Source: Octopus sinensis
Taxonomy: Eukaryota
Assembly: GCF_006345805.1 (NCBI RefSeq)
Contig: NW_021835975.1
Coordinates: forward strand, 1 to 64,000
DNA: 64,000 nucleotides
Direction: 5' to 3'
Part shown: positions 41,564 to 53,811 of the stretch, in pieces
How positions within the stretch are numbered: the stretch's first letter is position 1
Layout of the letters: every line of letters starts with the position of its first letter
Notes under the pieces: generated by a model
The model's database searches: none
What the model was told of the DNA's origin: nothing
The model's input: only the letters and a program-made list of their open reading frames with translations
Translations under genes and position numbers: made by a program

Positions 41564-41909
41564 CTGTGTACACGAACATGTGTTTGTGTGTGTGTGTGTG
41601 TGTGTGTATATCTGTGTACAAGAACATGTGTTTGTGTGTGTGTGTGTGTGTGTGTATATCTGTGTACAAGAACATGTGTTTGTGTGTGTGTGTGTGTTTG
41701 TGTATATCTGTGTACAAGAACATGTGTGTGTGTGGTGTGTGTGTGTGTGTGTATCTGTGTACAAGAACATGGTGTTGTGTGTGTGTGTGTGTATGTGTAT
41801 ATCTGTGTACAAGAACATGTGTTGTGTGTGTGTGTGTGGTGTGTGTGTATATCTGTGTACAAGAACATGTGTTGTGTGTGTGTGTTGTGTATATCTGTGT
41901 ACAAGAACA

Positions 41910-41942
<33 letters not shown>

Positions 41943-42094
41943 ATCTGTGTACAAGAACATGTGTGTGTGTGTGTGTGTATGTGTATATCTGTGTACACGA
42001 ACATGTGTTTGTGTGTGTGTGTGTGGTGTATATCTGTGTACACGAACATGTGTTTGTGTGTGTGTGTGTGTGTGTGTATCTGTGTACACGAACA

Positions 42095-42127
<33 letters not shown>

Positions 42128-42160
42128 ATCTGTGTACACGAACGTGTGGGTGTGTGTGTT
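40787..42160 (+). repeat. Minisatellite: constant core TATCTGTGTACA(A/C)GAACATGTGTTTG with variable (TG)n spacers
   Basis: Direct reading, ~44-48-bp period. Confidence 0.93.
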
Positions 42161-42224
42161 GAGCTTTCATTTGTCTGTCCTTGTTTGTCCTCTCTGTGTT
42201 TAGCCCCCTAGTGGGTAGTAAAGA

Positions 42225-44420
42225 AATAGAAATAGGTATGAAGACAGGGAAAGCTCCTGGCCCATCAGGAATCACCGCAGAGATGCTCAAAATATCTAGC
42301 AGTGTCGGCTATAGCTTAGCCACCCATATAGTCAAGCAGGTGATACACGAAGGAGTCATACCCAATGACTGATGTAGCAGCATCAAAGTCAACTGCTACA
42401 AAGGAAAAAGTGATGCATTAGATACAAATAATTACAGAGGTATCAAGCTGTTGAATCAGGTAATGAAAGTCACGGAGAGAGTTGTAGCCCAACTAATTAG
42501 GGAGAGGGTCACTCTAGATGAGATGCAGTTTGGGTTTGTGCCAGGGAAAAGCACCACTGATGATATATTTCTGGTGAGACAGCTGCAGGAGAAATATCTA
42601 GCCAAAGATAAACCCCTGTACCTAGCTTTCATTGACATGGAGAAAGCCTTTGACAGGGTCCCCCGATCCCTTATCTGGTGGTCAATGAGGAAACCAGGGA
42701 TAGATGAATGGTTAGTGAGAGCTGTGCGAGCCATGTACAGGGATACTGTCAGTAAGGAGAGGGTTAACAACGAGTACAGTGAAGAATTCCAGGTAGAGGT
42801 AGGGATCCACCAAGGTTCAGGCCTCAGCCCCCTCCTATTTATCATAGTCCTCCAGGCAATAACAAAGAAATTCAAGACAGGATGCCCCTGGGGGCTCCTC
42901 TATGCTGATGACCTTGCTCTAATTGCTGAGTCACTATCAGAAGTAGAGGAGAAGTTTCAGGTGTGGAAGCAAGGATTAGAATCGAAGGACCTTAGAGTCA
43001 ACCTTGCTAAAATCAAAATCTTAATAAGTAGGAAGGCAGACAAACCACAAACGCCTTCAGGTAGATGGCCCTGCTTGATCTGTAGAAAAGGCGTAGGTAG
43101 AAACTCTATAAGATGAACCCAGTGTAAGCTATGGACACATTAGAGGTGCAGTAATATCAAAGGAAGGCTAACTGGGAAGATACCTTTTGTATGTGGAAGA
43201 TGCTTAGGAGCAATAAACACTGAAAATGTGCAGAGAACAACTTCTGCCACATTCCAGGGAGAAAAACTAGAAGTAGTTGACAGCTTCCGTAACCTAGGTA
43301 ACCAAGTCAGTAGCTGGGGTGGATGCTCTGAAAGTGTAGATGCTAGAATAAGAATAGCCTGGGCAAAGATTAGAGAGCTCCTACCTCTGCTGGTGACAAT
43401 GGGCCTCTCGCTAAGAGTAAAAGGTAGAGTGTATGATGCCTATATGGCAGTGAAATATGGGCTGTGACTGCTGAGGACATGCGTAAGCTCACAAGGAATG
43501 AAGCCATTAATATCCGATGGATGTGTAATGTCAGTGTACATACACGACAGTAAGTACCTTGAGAGAAAAGTTGGACCTAAGAAGCATCAGTTGTGATGTG
43601 CAAGAGAGATGACTGCGCTGGTATGGTCATGTGGCGAGAATGGATGAGGATAGCTTTGTGAAAAAGTGTCACACCCTAGCAGTTGAAGGAACCTGTGGAA
43701 GAGGTAGACCCAGGAAGACCTGAGATGAGGTGGTGAATCACGACCTTAGAACATTAGGCCTCACCAAGGAAATGACAAGTGACCGAGACATTTGGAAATA
43801 TGTTATGCTTGAGAAGACCCAGCAAGCCAAGTGAGGCAATAACCTTGTGACCTATGCCAGGGGCGTAACCAACCCACTTATGTGTACCTTTCTTTCATTT
43901 GACACTAAACTCTGCTTGCGAAGACCTGTTGAAGCAAGTGAGATCAAAATCAAATTCACTGATGTGGCCAATGACAGCACCGCCTGACCAGCATCTGTGC
44001 CAGTGGAACATTAAGAGCATCATCTGAGCGTGATCATTGCCAGGGCTGCTGACTGGCTCCTGTGCCGGTGGCATGAAAAACGCACCATTCGAGCGTGATC
44101 ATTACCACCGTAGTCTTACTGGCACTTGTGCTGGTGGCATGTGAAAAAAACATTCGAGCGAGGTCGTTGCCAGTGCCGCTGGACTGGCTCCTGTGCAGGT
44201 GGCACGTACAAAACACCATTGAAGCATGATTGTTGCCAGTACTGACTGACTGGCCCTCACGCCGGTGGCACATAAAAGCACCCACTACACTCTTGGAGTG
44301 GTTGGCATTAGGAAGGGCATCCTCTGCCAGATCAGTTTGGAGCCTGGTGTAACCATCTGGCTCGCCAGTCCTCAGTCAACCCATGCCAGCATGGAAAGCG
44401 GACGTTAAACAATGATGATG
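42225..44420 (+). mobile_element. RTE-clade LINE, RT domain to 3' tail, disrupted
   Basis: GKAPGPSGI, NYRGIKLL, QFGFVPGKSTTD, FIDMEKAFDRVPR, GIHQGSGLSPLLF, LLYADDL; internal stops; long 3' UTR and (GAT)n tail. Confidence 0.93.
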
Positions 44421-45096
44421 ATACATGTGTGTGAGTGAATGTGTATATATATATATGTGAATGTATGTATGTATATGTGTATAGATGTCCAGATTGGTAT
44501 TTATGTGTAAATTGGTCTGTTAGTCCTTTAATGTCAGGATGGTCACTTAGCCACTCAGTAAATTGAGGTCAATAATACAAATACCAGCTTGAAATAAGTA
44601 CAGGAATTTAAATCCGATCAACTAAAACCCTTGAGAGTAGGGGCCCATTGTGGTTGCTGTCCAATGACTGAAACCGGTAAAACAAATAACAAAAGCAAAA
44701 ATCCAGAATATTATCCACAAGAAAAAAATAAATAAATATAGATTTGGATCTCTGTCCTTTTATTTATTTAAATCAGATCTCCAAATAATTTTATTCAAAT
44801 TTTTTTTTAAATTTCATACATATCAGTATACCTGAGACCTGTAGGTTAGAGGGGTCATCGGTGGTCATTCACTGCTGATGAACCTTTGAAGCCGGCAGGC
44901 ATCAGGTGTGCACAGCTTTTGATTGGCATTATTTTTCACAAACAAGTTGGAGTTGGATTTTCAATCCTTCTGATCATCTTATTCAGACAATATTAAATCA
45001 CAGTTCGTTTTGTGATCTGATCTTTTATTACCTGGTGGTAGAACTAGAAGGTTAAGTTTTACCTGGAAAAGTCTCAACTCATATCTCTAAGTAATT

Positions 45097-45762
45097 TTAT
45101 TCAAATTTTTTTGAAAGTTCGCACATATCCATAGAAACATCCCACATTTTCTGGGCCAAAGTTTTATTCTTAGCACATGCAGACATATTCTTTGAAATCT
45201 CAACATTTTCGAAATAACAGCCACTGACCTTCTCCAAACTTGGATCAACAGCCATGTATACAACAGTTAACGCTGCATTCTTGGACGTACGACCAATCTT
45301 TGAGGATAACCAACCAGAAAATCGCAAAAGTATTTGTTTCATTGGGTTGGAGTCAGCATACCATATACCAGAATAAACATAACCAGGATTCATGCTATTG
45401 GCTGTTACATTGTCTGCAGATAGCTTCTCAGCCAGTACATTTGTGTGCCAGATCTGAGCAAGTTTACTAAGATGATAGTTTGCCAATTTGGGATATTTAA
45501 CACCAGTTGAGGACGATGAATCATTTGGTTGAAAAGAAATGATTGATTCTCTTACTGAAGCATGCGCCAAAGAGCTTACATTAATTATGCGGCTTGGAGC
45601 AGATTTCTTGAGCAAATCTAAAAGCAGGTAGGTCAGAAGGAATGGCCCTGTGAAGTTGACGCCAAAAATTATTTCATATCCTTGTTTTGTTGTCTTCCTC
45701 AGGTCTGTGCCAAGACCTGCATTGTTGATCAGGACATCCAGTTGTTTTTCTGTATCTATAAT
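45097..45762 (-). CDS. Exon 2 of retinol dehydrogenase-like short-chain dehydrogenase (RDH11-14-like)
   Basis: Acceptor TTTTCTTGTTTCCGTTATAG| then open frame IIDTEKQLDVLINNAG...GVNFTGPFLLT...SRIINVSSLAH...YHLSK (YxxxK)...FE*. Confidence 0.92.
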   Translation of the reverse strand: MIDTEKQLDVLINNAGLGTDLRKTTKQGYEIIFGVNFTGPFLLTYLLLDLLKKSAPSRIINVSSLAHASVRESIISFQPNDSSSSTGVKYPKLANYHLSKLAQIWHTNVLAEKLSADNVTANSMNPGYVYSGIWYADSNPMKQILLRFSGWLSSKIGRTSKNAALTVVYMAVDPSLEKVSGCYFENVEISKNMSACAKNKTLAQKMWDVSMDMCELSKKFE

Positions 45763-45849
45763 CTATAACGGAAACAAGAAAATGGTTAAACCATAAATTA
45801 TAAGGAAATACAGATAGCATTACAACTTTTATTATTATCATTATTAATG

Positions 45850-46042
45850 TGGAAGGTGTTTGTAAGCCATTTAAGAAACACACAAAAGCCGTTCGATTCA
45901 CTTCAACATTTAAGTTTAATTTGTCAAAATATTTTCGTCACGGTCTTAAAGCGACGAAAATATTTTGACAAATTAAACTTGAATGTTGAAGTGAATCGAA
46001 CGGCTTTTGTGTGTTTCTTAAATGGCTTATAAACACCTTCCA
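45850..46042. repeat. Near-perfect palindrome (90-bp arms, 13-nt loop), likely foldback MITE
   Basis: Arms 45850-45939 and 45953-46042, two mismatches by eye. Confidence 0.95.
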
Positions 46043-46177
46043 TGCTGCAATTGTTTTTGTTTCAGCACACAATTTCAGATCAAATCACTTGCTATGCAAG
46101 TACATCTCCATTATTAATGTATCGTATCTAAATAGAGTCTTCGTTAGGTGAGTGGATAGGGGTAGAATAGGTTTTCT

Positions 46178-46342
46178 TTTATTCTTTTACTTCAGTCACT
46201 TGACTGTGGCCATGCTGGAGCACCACCTTTAGTTGAACAAATCAACCGCAGGACTTATTCTATTGTTCTCTTTTGCTGAAAAGCACACCAACATCAGTTG
46301 TCAAGCGAAGGTGAGAGGACAAACACAGACACACAAATACAT

Positions 46343-46384
<42 letters not shown>

Positions 46385-46552
46385 ATACACACAAATGACA
46401 GGCTTCTTTGAGTTTTCGTCTACCAAATCCACTCACAAGGCTTTGGTCAGCCCAAGGCTATAGTAGAAGACATTTGCCCAAGGTGCCACGCAGTGGGACT
46501 GAACATGGAACCATGTGGTTGCAAGTAAACTTATTGCCACATAGCCACTCCT
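46178..46552 (-). mobile_element. SINE family B (also 48900-49303 minus, 50720-51127 split, 54409-54822 plus, ~63252-63345 fragment)
   Basis: Homology to the 37927-38337 copy. Confidence 0.85.
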
Positions 46553-46554
46553 GG

Positions 46555-46950
46555 TTGGCCACAATGACCACAAATTTGTGATTGGCACAGTTGCTTTAGA
46601 TAGGACATGTAGAGAAGGACCCAGTTACAGGAGCTTTAACACATCCTTACAAGCAGGCTAAGACCACAGAGACTGGATTAATGTATTAGTTAAGTGGCAG
46701 TTGATGGGGGCTATCACCAACAACCAGCGTTGGATTGTCCTAAAAAGGGCGATTAGAGTAGAATTGATAGTGTTTAGCAAAGAGCTTGCAACAGAAAAAC
46801 ATAGATTAGAGGGAAAACTAGTTTGCAATCTAGAAGAGGCAATTAGTAAAGGTGTTATAACCAACATGCTAGCATCGAGAATGGTCCTTGACTTTATCTC
46901 TGGAGTAAAAGGAAGCACATGTGGTCAGTTCGAGCAGAGATGGCAGTGAG
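46555..46950 (+). mobile_element. Tx1/L1-like LINE linker fragment
   Basis: DHKFV...GPSYRSFNTSL...WIVLKRAIRVELIVFSKELA resembles the SDH...GPGYWKFNxSLL...WxxLK region after the APE domain. Confidence 0.55.
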
Positions 46951-47234
46951 CAAAGACGTGTTTATTCCTTGAGAGTGATTGCTTATTCCGCCGAGGTCAA
47001 CAGGTAAGGCCTTTTGTATTTCTCACTCCCATTTACTTCTTTTTCTGTCACCCTTTTCCTCCATCACACTACATGCAGCTTCCTTGCAGCCTTTTGCACT
47101 GCTGTTTTAGGTGTGCAATGAATCAATGATGGTTGTAGACTTTAGTTGAAACCTGGACAGCCTGCTGTAGCTATCAGCAGTAGATGTGAGGTTCTACAAA
47201 AAGCCAATGATGGCCTCTGGAATATGGGAAGTGA

Positions 47235-47724
47235 TGAGTGATTGAACAAGTCGCAAATATTGCAGATAGGGCCAAAAATGTCGCTAGAAGCTGGGATCAC
47301 CAAGCATAGATTGGCATATTTCGGTCATATTATGCAGAGAAAATCCCTGGAGAAGGACATCATGCTCGGAATGGTCAGTGGCAAGAGAGGAAGAGGCCGA
47401 CCAAGAACCCGCTGGCTTGACACCATCAAGAGTGATACCGGAATGGACATAGCCAATCTGAAAGAAGCGGCCCCGGATAGAACTGACTGGAGGACAGTGA
47501 TCCAACGAGTAACCGAGAGTCAACTTCGACTGAGCGGATATATATATATATATATACGGAATGGTCAGTGGCAAGAGAGGAAGAGGCCGACCAAGAACCC
47601 ACTGGCTTGACACCATCAAGAGGGATACTGGAATGGACATAGCCAATCTGAAAGAAGTGGCCCAGGATAGAACTGACTGGAGGACACTGATCCAACGAGT
47701 AACCGAGAGTCAACTTCGACTGAG

Positions 47725-47773
<49 letters not shown>

Positions 47774-47945
47774 GGAATGGTCAGTGGCAAGAGAGGAAGA
47801 GGCCGACCAAGAACCCGCTGGCTTGACACCATCAAGAGTGATACCGGAATGGACATAGCCAATCTGAAGGAAGCAGTCCAGGATAGAACTGACTGGAGGA
47901 CACTGATCCAATGAGTGACCGAGAGTCGACTTCGACTGAGCGGAT
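47235..47945 (+). mobile_element. RTE LINE 3' end with the last ~172 bp present three times
   Basis: LAYFGHIMQRKSLEKDIMLGMVSGKRGRGRPRTRWLD; units start at 47367, 47557, 47773, separated by (TA)n. Confidence 0.9.
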
Positions 47946-48726
47946 GGAGAGAGAGATATTGACTACCCTATGAATTCTATGAGTTCATGTTAGATTCATG
48001 TGGCAGCCTCTTGGCAAGTGTCCATCATAACTAGTAGCAGAACAGGAGAATTCTTAGTGCTGTTAGGATGGTGTGTGTTAACTCTGCTGAGGAAGAAGGT
48101 TGTCTACAAAGGGGACATGACAGGAAATTGTCGGTTCATAACTCCACTAAACAAAGAGTTAGCAAATACAAGAGATCATTATTGTTGTAAACATTGGCAA
48201 AAACACACCTTTAGTTCATATAAGTAATCTCTACCATTATATATAATTTAAACATTAATTTTCTTTTTATATTTAACATTCACTAAAAAAAATATCCCCC
48301 CCTCTTTCCATAGGCTACTTCTGACGTTATATCATATAACATTTTTTCAAACAATATTAATAGCGTTCAGTAAATCACTATACATATCCGTCATTTTCTG
48401 TTAAAATGTCTCATTGACAAGTTTCATTGCTTCACTTCCCTGAAGAGAAGATTACATTGTTTTATACCATTTATTTCTTTGGAATAATTTGAATTATACC
48501 TGTGTTAAACTCCATTTATTTATATATATATATTATACAAAAAATTCCACATAAACCCGAAGTTTTTACCTTTAAAAACAAGGAGTTATAACCTCTTTAC
48601 TTGTGTGATTTTTTGCTGCCCTGGTAACTATTTATCTATTTTTTTCCGTGTTAATTGTTAACAAGGGGAAAATACACTCATCTATTAGCCACTACACACA
48701 TATTTTTGTCTCCTTGTTTTTTCTGT

Positions 48727-48768
48727 GTCCCTTTCTGTAGAAGAGCGTAGGCTCGAAACGTAAAAGAC
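48727..48768 (+). ncRNA. Variant minimal hammerhead-like motif in a ~175-bp module (48685-48862)
   Basis: GTCCCTTT-CTGTAGAA-GAGC gtag GCTC-GAAA-CG-TA-AAAGAC; core deviates from CUGANGA. Confidence 0.4.
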
Positions 48769-49823
48769 TTTTTCTATTCCTGAGCGTTATACTAATACAT
48801 CTGTTTGTTGTCTACACCACCTGTCTTCGTCTTTTGTTTTTTTCGTAAACTCTCCCTATATCCTTGTTGCTTATTTTTGATTTTATATATTCTTTCTTTC
48901 TTTCTTTTTTCTTTTTTACTTGTTTCAGTCATTTGACTGCGGCCATGCTGGAGCACCACCTTTAGTCGAGCAACTCGACCCCGGGACTTATTCTTTGTAA
49001 GCCCAGTACTTATTCTATCGGTCTCTTTTGCTGAACCGTTAAGTGACGGGGACGTAAACACACCAGCATCGGTTGTCAAGCAATGCTAGGGGGACAAACA
49101 CAGACACACGCATATATATATATATACATATATATATACGATAGGCTTCTTTCAGTTTCCATCTACCAAATCCACTCACAAGGCATTGGTCGGCCCGGGG
49201 CTATAGCAGAAGACACTTGCCCAAGATGCCACGCAGTGGGACTGAACCCGGAACCATGTGGTTGGTTAGCAAGCTACTTACCACACAGCCACCTCCTGTG
49301 CCTATTCATGTTGCATTTTTAAAAAAAAATCTCTGAGAGACGTAAGTTCTATGTCAATACAGCCAAAGTTTAAATTCTGACCAAAGAACAAAACAACCCC
49401 TCGATAGAACAACAACACCAAAGTCAGAGGCAGGAATGGTTGGCACAGTATGGCCAAATGGTCAACAGGTCCACTTTGCAATCACAAGGTCCCGCATTCA
49501 GTCTCACTGCAGAGCATCTGGGGGGGGGGGGCAAATGTCATTTTCTATTGACCAATACCTTGAAGTGAGACTGAATAGATGGAAACTGTAGAGAAGCTTG
49601 TCAAGTGAATTCTACTTGTTCTAAACCGAGTCTTGCTGATTCTGTCTGAGAGCAACTTGAACACTTGGACCCAGATCAATCAATCAATAAATAAATAATA
49701 ATACTTTCTACCCAATGTTTCACTGGTACTTCTTTTATCGACCCCGAAAGGATTAAAGGCAAAGTTGACCTCAGCAGAATTTGAACTCAGGCCATAAAGG
49801 CCGAAGAAATGCTGCAAAACATT

Positions 49824-49856
<33 letters not shown>

Positions 49857-51514
49857 AATAAGCAACAAGGATATCCAGAGGTAATGCACGTAAGAGAACC
49901 ATCCAAATGTGGCCGTTGCCAGCGCCGCCCCAACTGGCCTCTGTGCTGGTGGCACGTAAAATGCACTATCCAATTGTGGCCATTGCCAGCCTCGTCTGGA
50001 CCCCGTGTCGGTGGCACGTAAAAAGCACCATCCGATCGTGGCTGTTTGCCAGCCTCGTCTGGCACGTAAAAAGCACCCACTACACTCACGGAGTGGTTGG
50101 CGTTAGGAAGGGCATCCAGCTGTAGAAACACTGCCAGATCAGACTGGGCCTGGTGCCACCTTCTGGTTTCTCAGACCCCAGTTGAACCGTCCAACCCATG
50201 GAAAGCGGACGCTAAACGAAGATGCTGCTGATGATGATGATGATATATATATATATAATCAAAATAAGCAACAAGGATATCCAGAGGTAATGCAGTACGA
50301 TTGTTTCATGCAACTCTATTTAATTGAACAATGCAATTATTACATCAATTTAAAATGTAGAGCAATCTTCAGCTGCACAAAGACCTAGAATTTAATTAAA
50401 TTAGGACACATTAGTATAATTTTACCTATAATCTCCAAGAGGATAAGGAGATAGACAAAGAACATGTTTTACCAACAACATCATAGTTGTAACTGAAATT
50501 TTTTTCAAGAAGACACTGCCTGTCACTGATTTTTCTGTCATTTTGTTTTTTTATGGGGTCAGTTTTAATTTATAGACTAGTTGACTAGTTTAGCAAATCA
50601 AGAAGATTATTAAGAATGAGAATTTTAACAAAAAGGATACCACTTTTTTGAATATTTTGAGTATATACCAAGTTTTTTTTACCACAATAGAGGGAGGAAA
50701 AAGAAAATTGCAAAGGGATACTTTTTTACTCTTTTACTTGTTTCAGTCATTTGACTGCGGCCATGCAGGACTGAACCCGGAACCATATGGTTGGTAAACA
50801 AGCTACTTACCACACAGCCACTCCTACGCCTATATATATATAGCCTCAGGCCAACCAAAGCCTTGTGAGTGGATTTGGTAGATGGAAACTGAAAGAAGCC
50901 TGTCGTATATATGTATGTGTGTGTATATGTTTGCGTCTGTGTTTGTCTACCCAACATCGATTGATAACCGATGCTGGTGTGTTTACGTCCCCGTCACTTA
51001 GCGGTTCAGCAAAAGAGACCGATAGAATAAGTACTAGGCTTACAAAGAATAAGTCCTGGGGTCGATTTGCTCGACTAAAGTGGTGCTCCAGCATGGCCAC
51101 AGTCAAAAGAGTAAAAGAGAGTAAAGAGTAATAATTTAAGAGCTCAAAAATTAGCTTCTTTAGTTTACTATGATCAGGGCTGAAACTCGGTATTAGTTGA
51201 AAAGATAACTTTTGAGAGTGACCCCTGACGTCGTCGGACTGCTTTCTACCGGGTACTTGAAAAGCACCCATTGCGCACCGCCCGCCTTCCTTCACCGAGA
51301 AGAGACCCACATCACCACTTGCTAAATCAACTGAAAATCTAAGCTAGGCATTGTACGTCGTTTCTTTTAAAACAAATCCAAGGGTTTGCCTTCCCCACTA
51401 TAACCTGGATATCATTCATTATTGCTTTTGCTTCATGTTAACCCGTGTCTAGCGGCAACATACTCCTTGTACGTTAACCAGAGTTACTTCCACTTACTCT
51501 ACTCGCGATGCGTA

Positions 51515-52203
51515 CCGTATATACCCGACTATAAAACACTCCCGACTTACAAGGTTCAAATCGGGAATTTTATCGTTGGCCCGACTATAAATCACAGAAA
51601 CGTTTTTGATGTTGGAGGCAAGGTTCGATTAGGAATCGAACCAACATAGTTGCTGTTTGGCAACCGTGCTTTCAGTAAGCTGCAGATCTCTTAAAGCAAC
51701 CGTTGTCCCATTAAATCCATGCATTTTAGAAACCGTTGTTTATAATGTAAACTTTTATCCTCTTTCAAACGCCAATCCCTGACCATTTTTCTGAGACCCC
51801 AAATTCTCTTTCTGCAGTTCGATTCGAATGAGACATCGTATATTCATCAACTTTCATACGAATTCTTCTTTCTCTTCTTGTTAACAATTAAAAGACAGGT
51901 ACGATACAAAAACAAACAAACATTAAACTCGCTTTTCGAAAATTGTTTATTTCATACTAAGAGAAGTAAAGAAATATATAAAGAAATATCTGGAGATTAT
52001 CTTCCGTGTACTTCTTCGCTTCGGAATTAGCGATTTGCGTTTTTTTTTCCGGTTATTCCAAGTGTCGAAAGTTCAGAGGTGGCTTGTACCTGGAAAATAT
52101 CTGTAGATTTTTTTTTCTTTCTAGGATGCACTTATAATTCGCACCCCAAAATTTAGGTGAAAATTTTAGGGGCAAAGTGCGACTTATAGCCGAGTATATA
52201 CGG
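51515..52203 (-). mobile_element. Internally deleted pogo/Tc2-like DNA transposon in the SDR intron
   Basis: TIRs TA|CCGTATATACCCGACTATAA and TTATAGCCGAGTATATACGG; frameshifted HTH KVDEYTMSHSNRTAEREFGVSEK/MVRDWR at ~51760-51855. Confidence 0.8.
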
Positions 52204-52270
52204 CAGGTGCGTACAGAATGAAGAAAGCAAACATGAAGAGGCGAAACTAGTGCTATACAACAAAACTTAT

Positions 52271-52606
52271 CTCTTTTGCACATTTTCGAACACTGTCCAG
52301 GTCAGATAGATCCAAATGGACAATACTGACCATTTATCGATCAACACCAGTTGAAGAAAGTATTTCATCAACTGCCGTCTTCGTCTTCGTTAAGTTACGG
52401 CATGCTAAGATGACTCTGGCTCCTCGCGAGAGAAGATGTTCAACCGTTGCCTTTCCGATCCCCGAAGAAGCACCTGTAATTAGTACGGTTTTACCATCCA
52501 TCCTAGCTTGGCTCTCATATTTTAATGTTTTACAATGGTATATTACGCATGATGAGAAATAAACACCCAATGCCACGCCGGCTAGTGATAATATATATAT
52601 AATCAT
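52271..52606 (-). pseudogene. Exon 1 of the same SDR, with in-frame TAA (52334-52336) and AT instead of GT donor
   Basis: Hydrophobic N-terminus, KTVLITGASSGIGK (TGxxxGxG), ACRN, then DR*MVSIVHLDLSDLDSVRKCAKE|ATAAGT; joins exon 2 in phase 0 to give ~333 codons. Confidence 0.85.
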
Positions 52607-52664
52607 GATCGTTTAATTATTTCGTTTTGTTTGTTTTTTTAACTCATGCAATTCTCTTACGAAG

Positions 52665-52735
52665 GCGTGGCATACTAAAGATAAAAAATATGGGGTACCC
52701 GCTCTGTCGACAATGGAGGCTTCCTATTGGTTAAA
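52665..52735 (-). promoter_or_regulatory. Possible proximal promoter elements of the SDR (CCAAT box, GC/GT box)
   Basis: CCAAT on minus strand ~120 bp upstream of the ATG and GGCGTGGC nearby; motif match only. Confidence 0.25.
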
Positions 52736-52784
52736 ATTACAACAGCATACGAGACTTTAAACTTTATATATAAACTTATATCAA

Positions 52785-53442
<658 letters not shown>

Positions 53443-53560
53443 GCCGATCTGGGCTGTATCAGTGATGGCAACCCCAACACACTATATCGGACATAATCAA
53501 GCTATGTGAAGAATTTGGATAACATTACCCCCTTTGATGTTTGGGAATCTCTGATTTTTT

Positions 53561-53644
53561 TCGGCTGATGAGTACGAGCCACCTATATTTACTGCATTTT
53601 TTGTAGCTTATTAAAGATGTCCTCGTACGAAACAATTGTACCGA
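53561..53644 (+). ncRNA. Minimal type I hammerhead ribozyme, intact core
   Basis: TCGG-CTGATGA(53565-53571)-GTACGAG...CTCGTAC (7/7 bp)-GAAA(53629-53632)-CAATTG (palindrome)-TA-CCGA; GUA triplet, predicted cut after 53640. Confidence 0.82.
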
Positions 53645-53811
53645 TATTTTAATCCATTCTTGTTGCTTTTTTCCTATTTGTAATCACCCCACTTTGTCGT
53701 ATGGTTAACACCATATAGATTTCCGGTGCATCCTAGTTAAGGACCATATTCATGTGAATTCATTAGAACTGACTTGAATCTCAATTACTTAAACCGTATA
53801 TATATATATAT

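Noticed and set aside
40660-42290. 400-500 aa ORFs (VCVC / THTH)
   Set aside because: Stop-free frames of a TG-rich minisatellite.
44875-44910. CTGATGA followed by ACCT...AGGT stem
   Set aside because: No GAAA or cleavage triplet follows.
52263-52270. AT donor as a U12 AT-AC intron
   Set aside because: Reads ATAAGT, not ATATCCTT, and the acceptor is AG; it fits a mutated GTAAGT.
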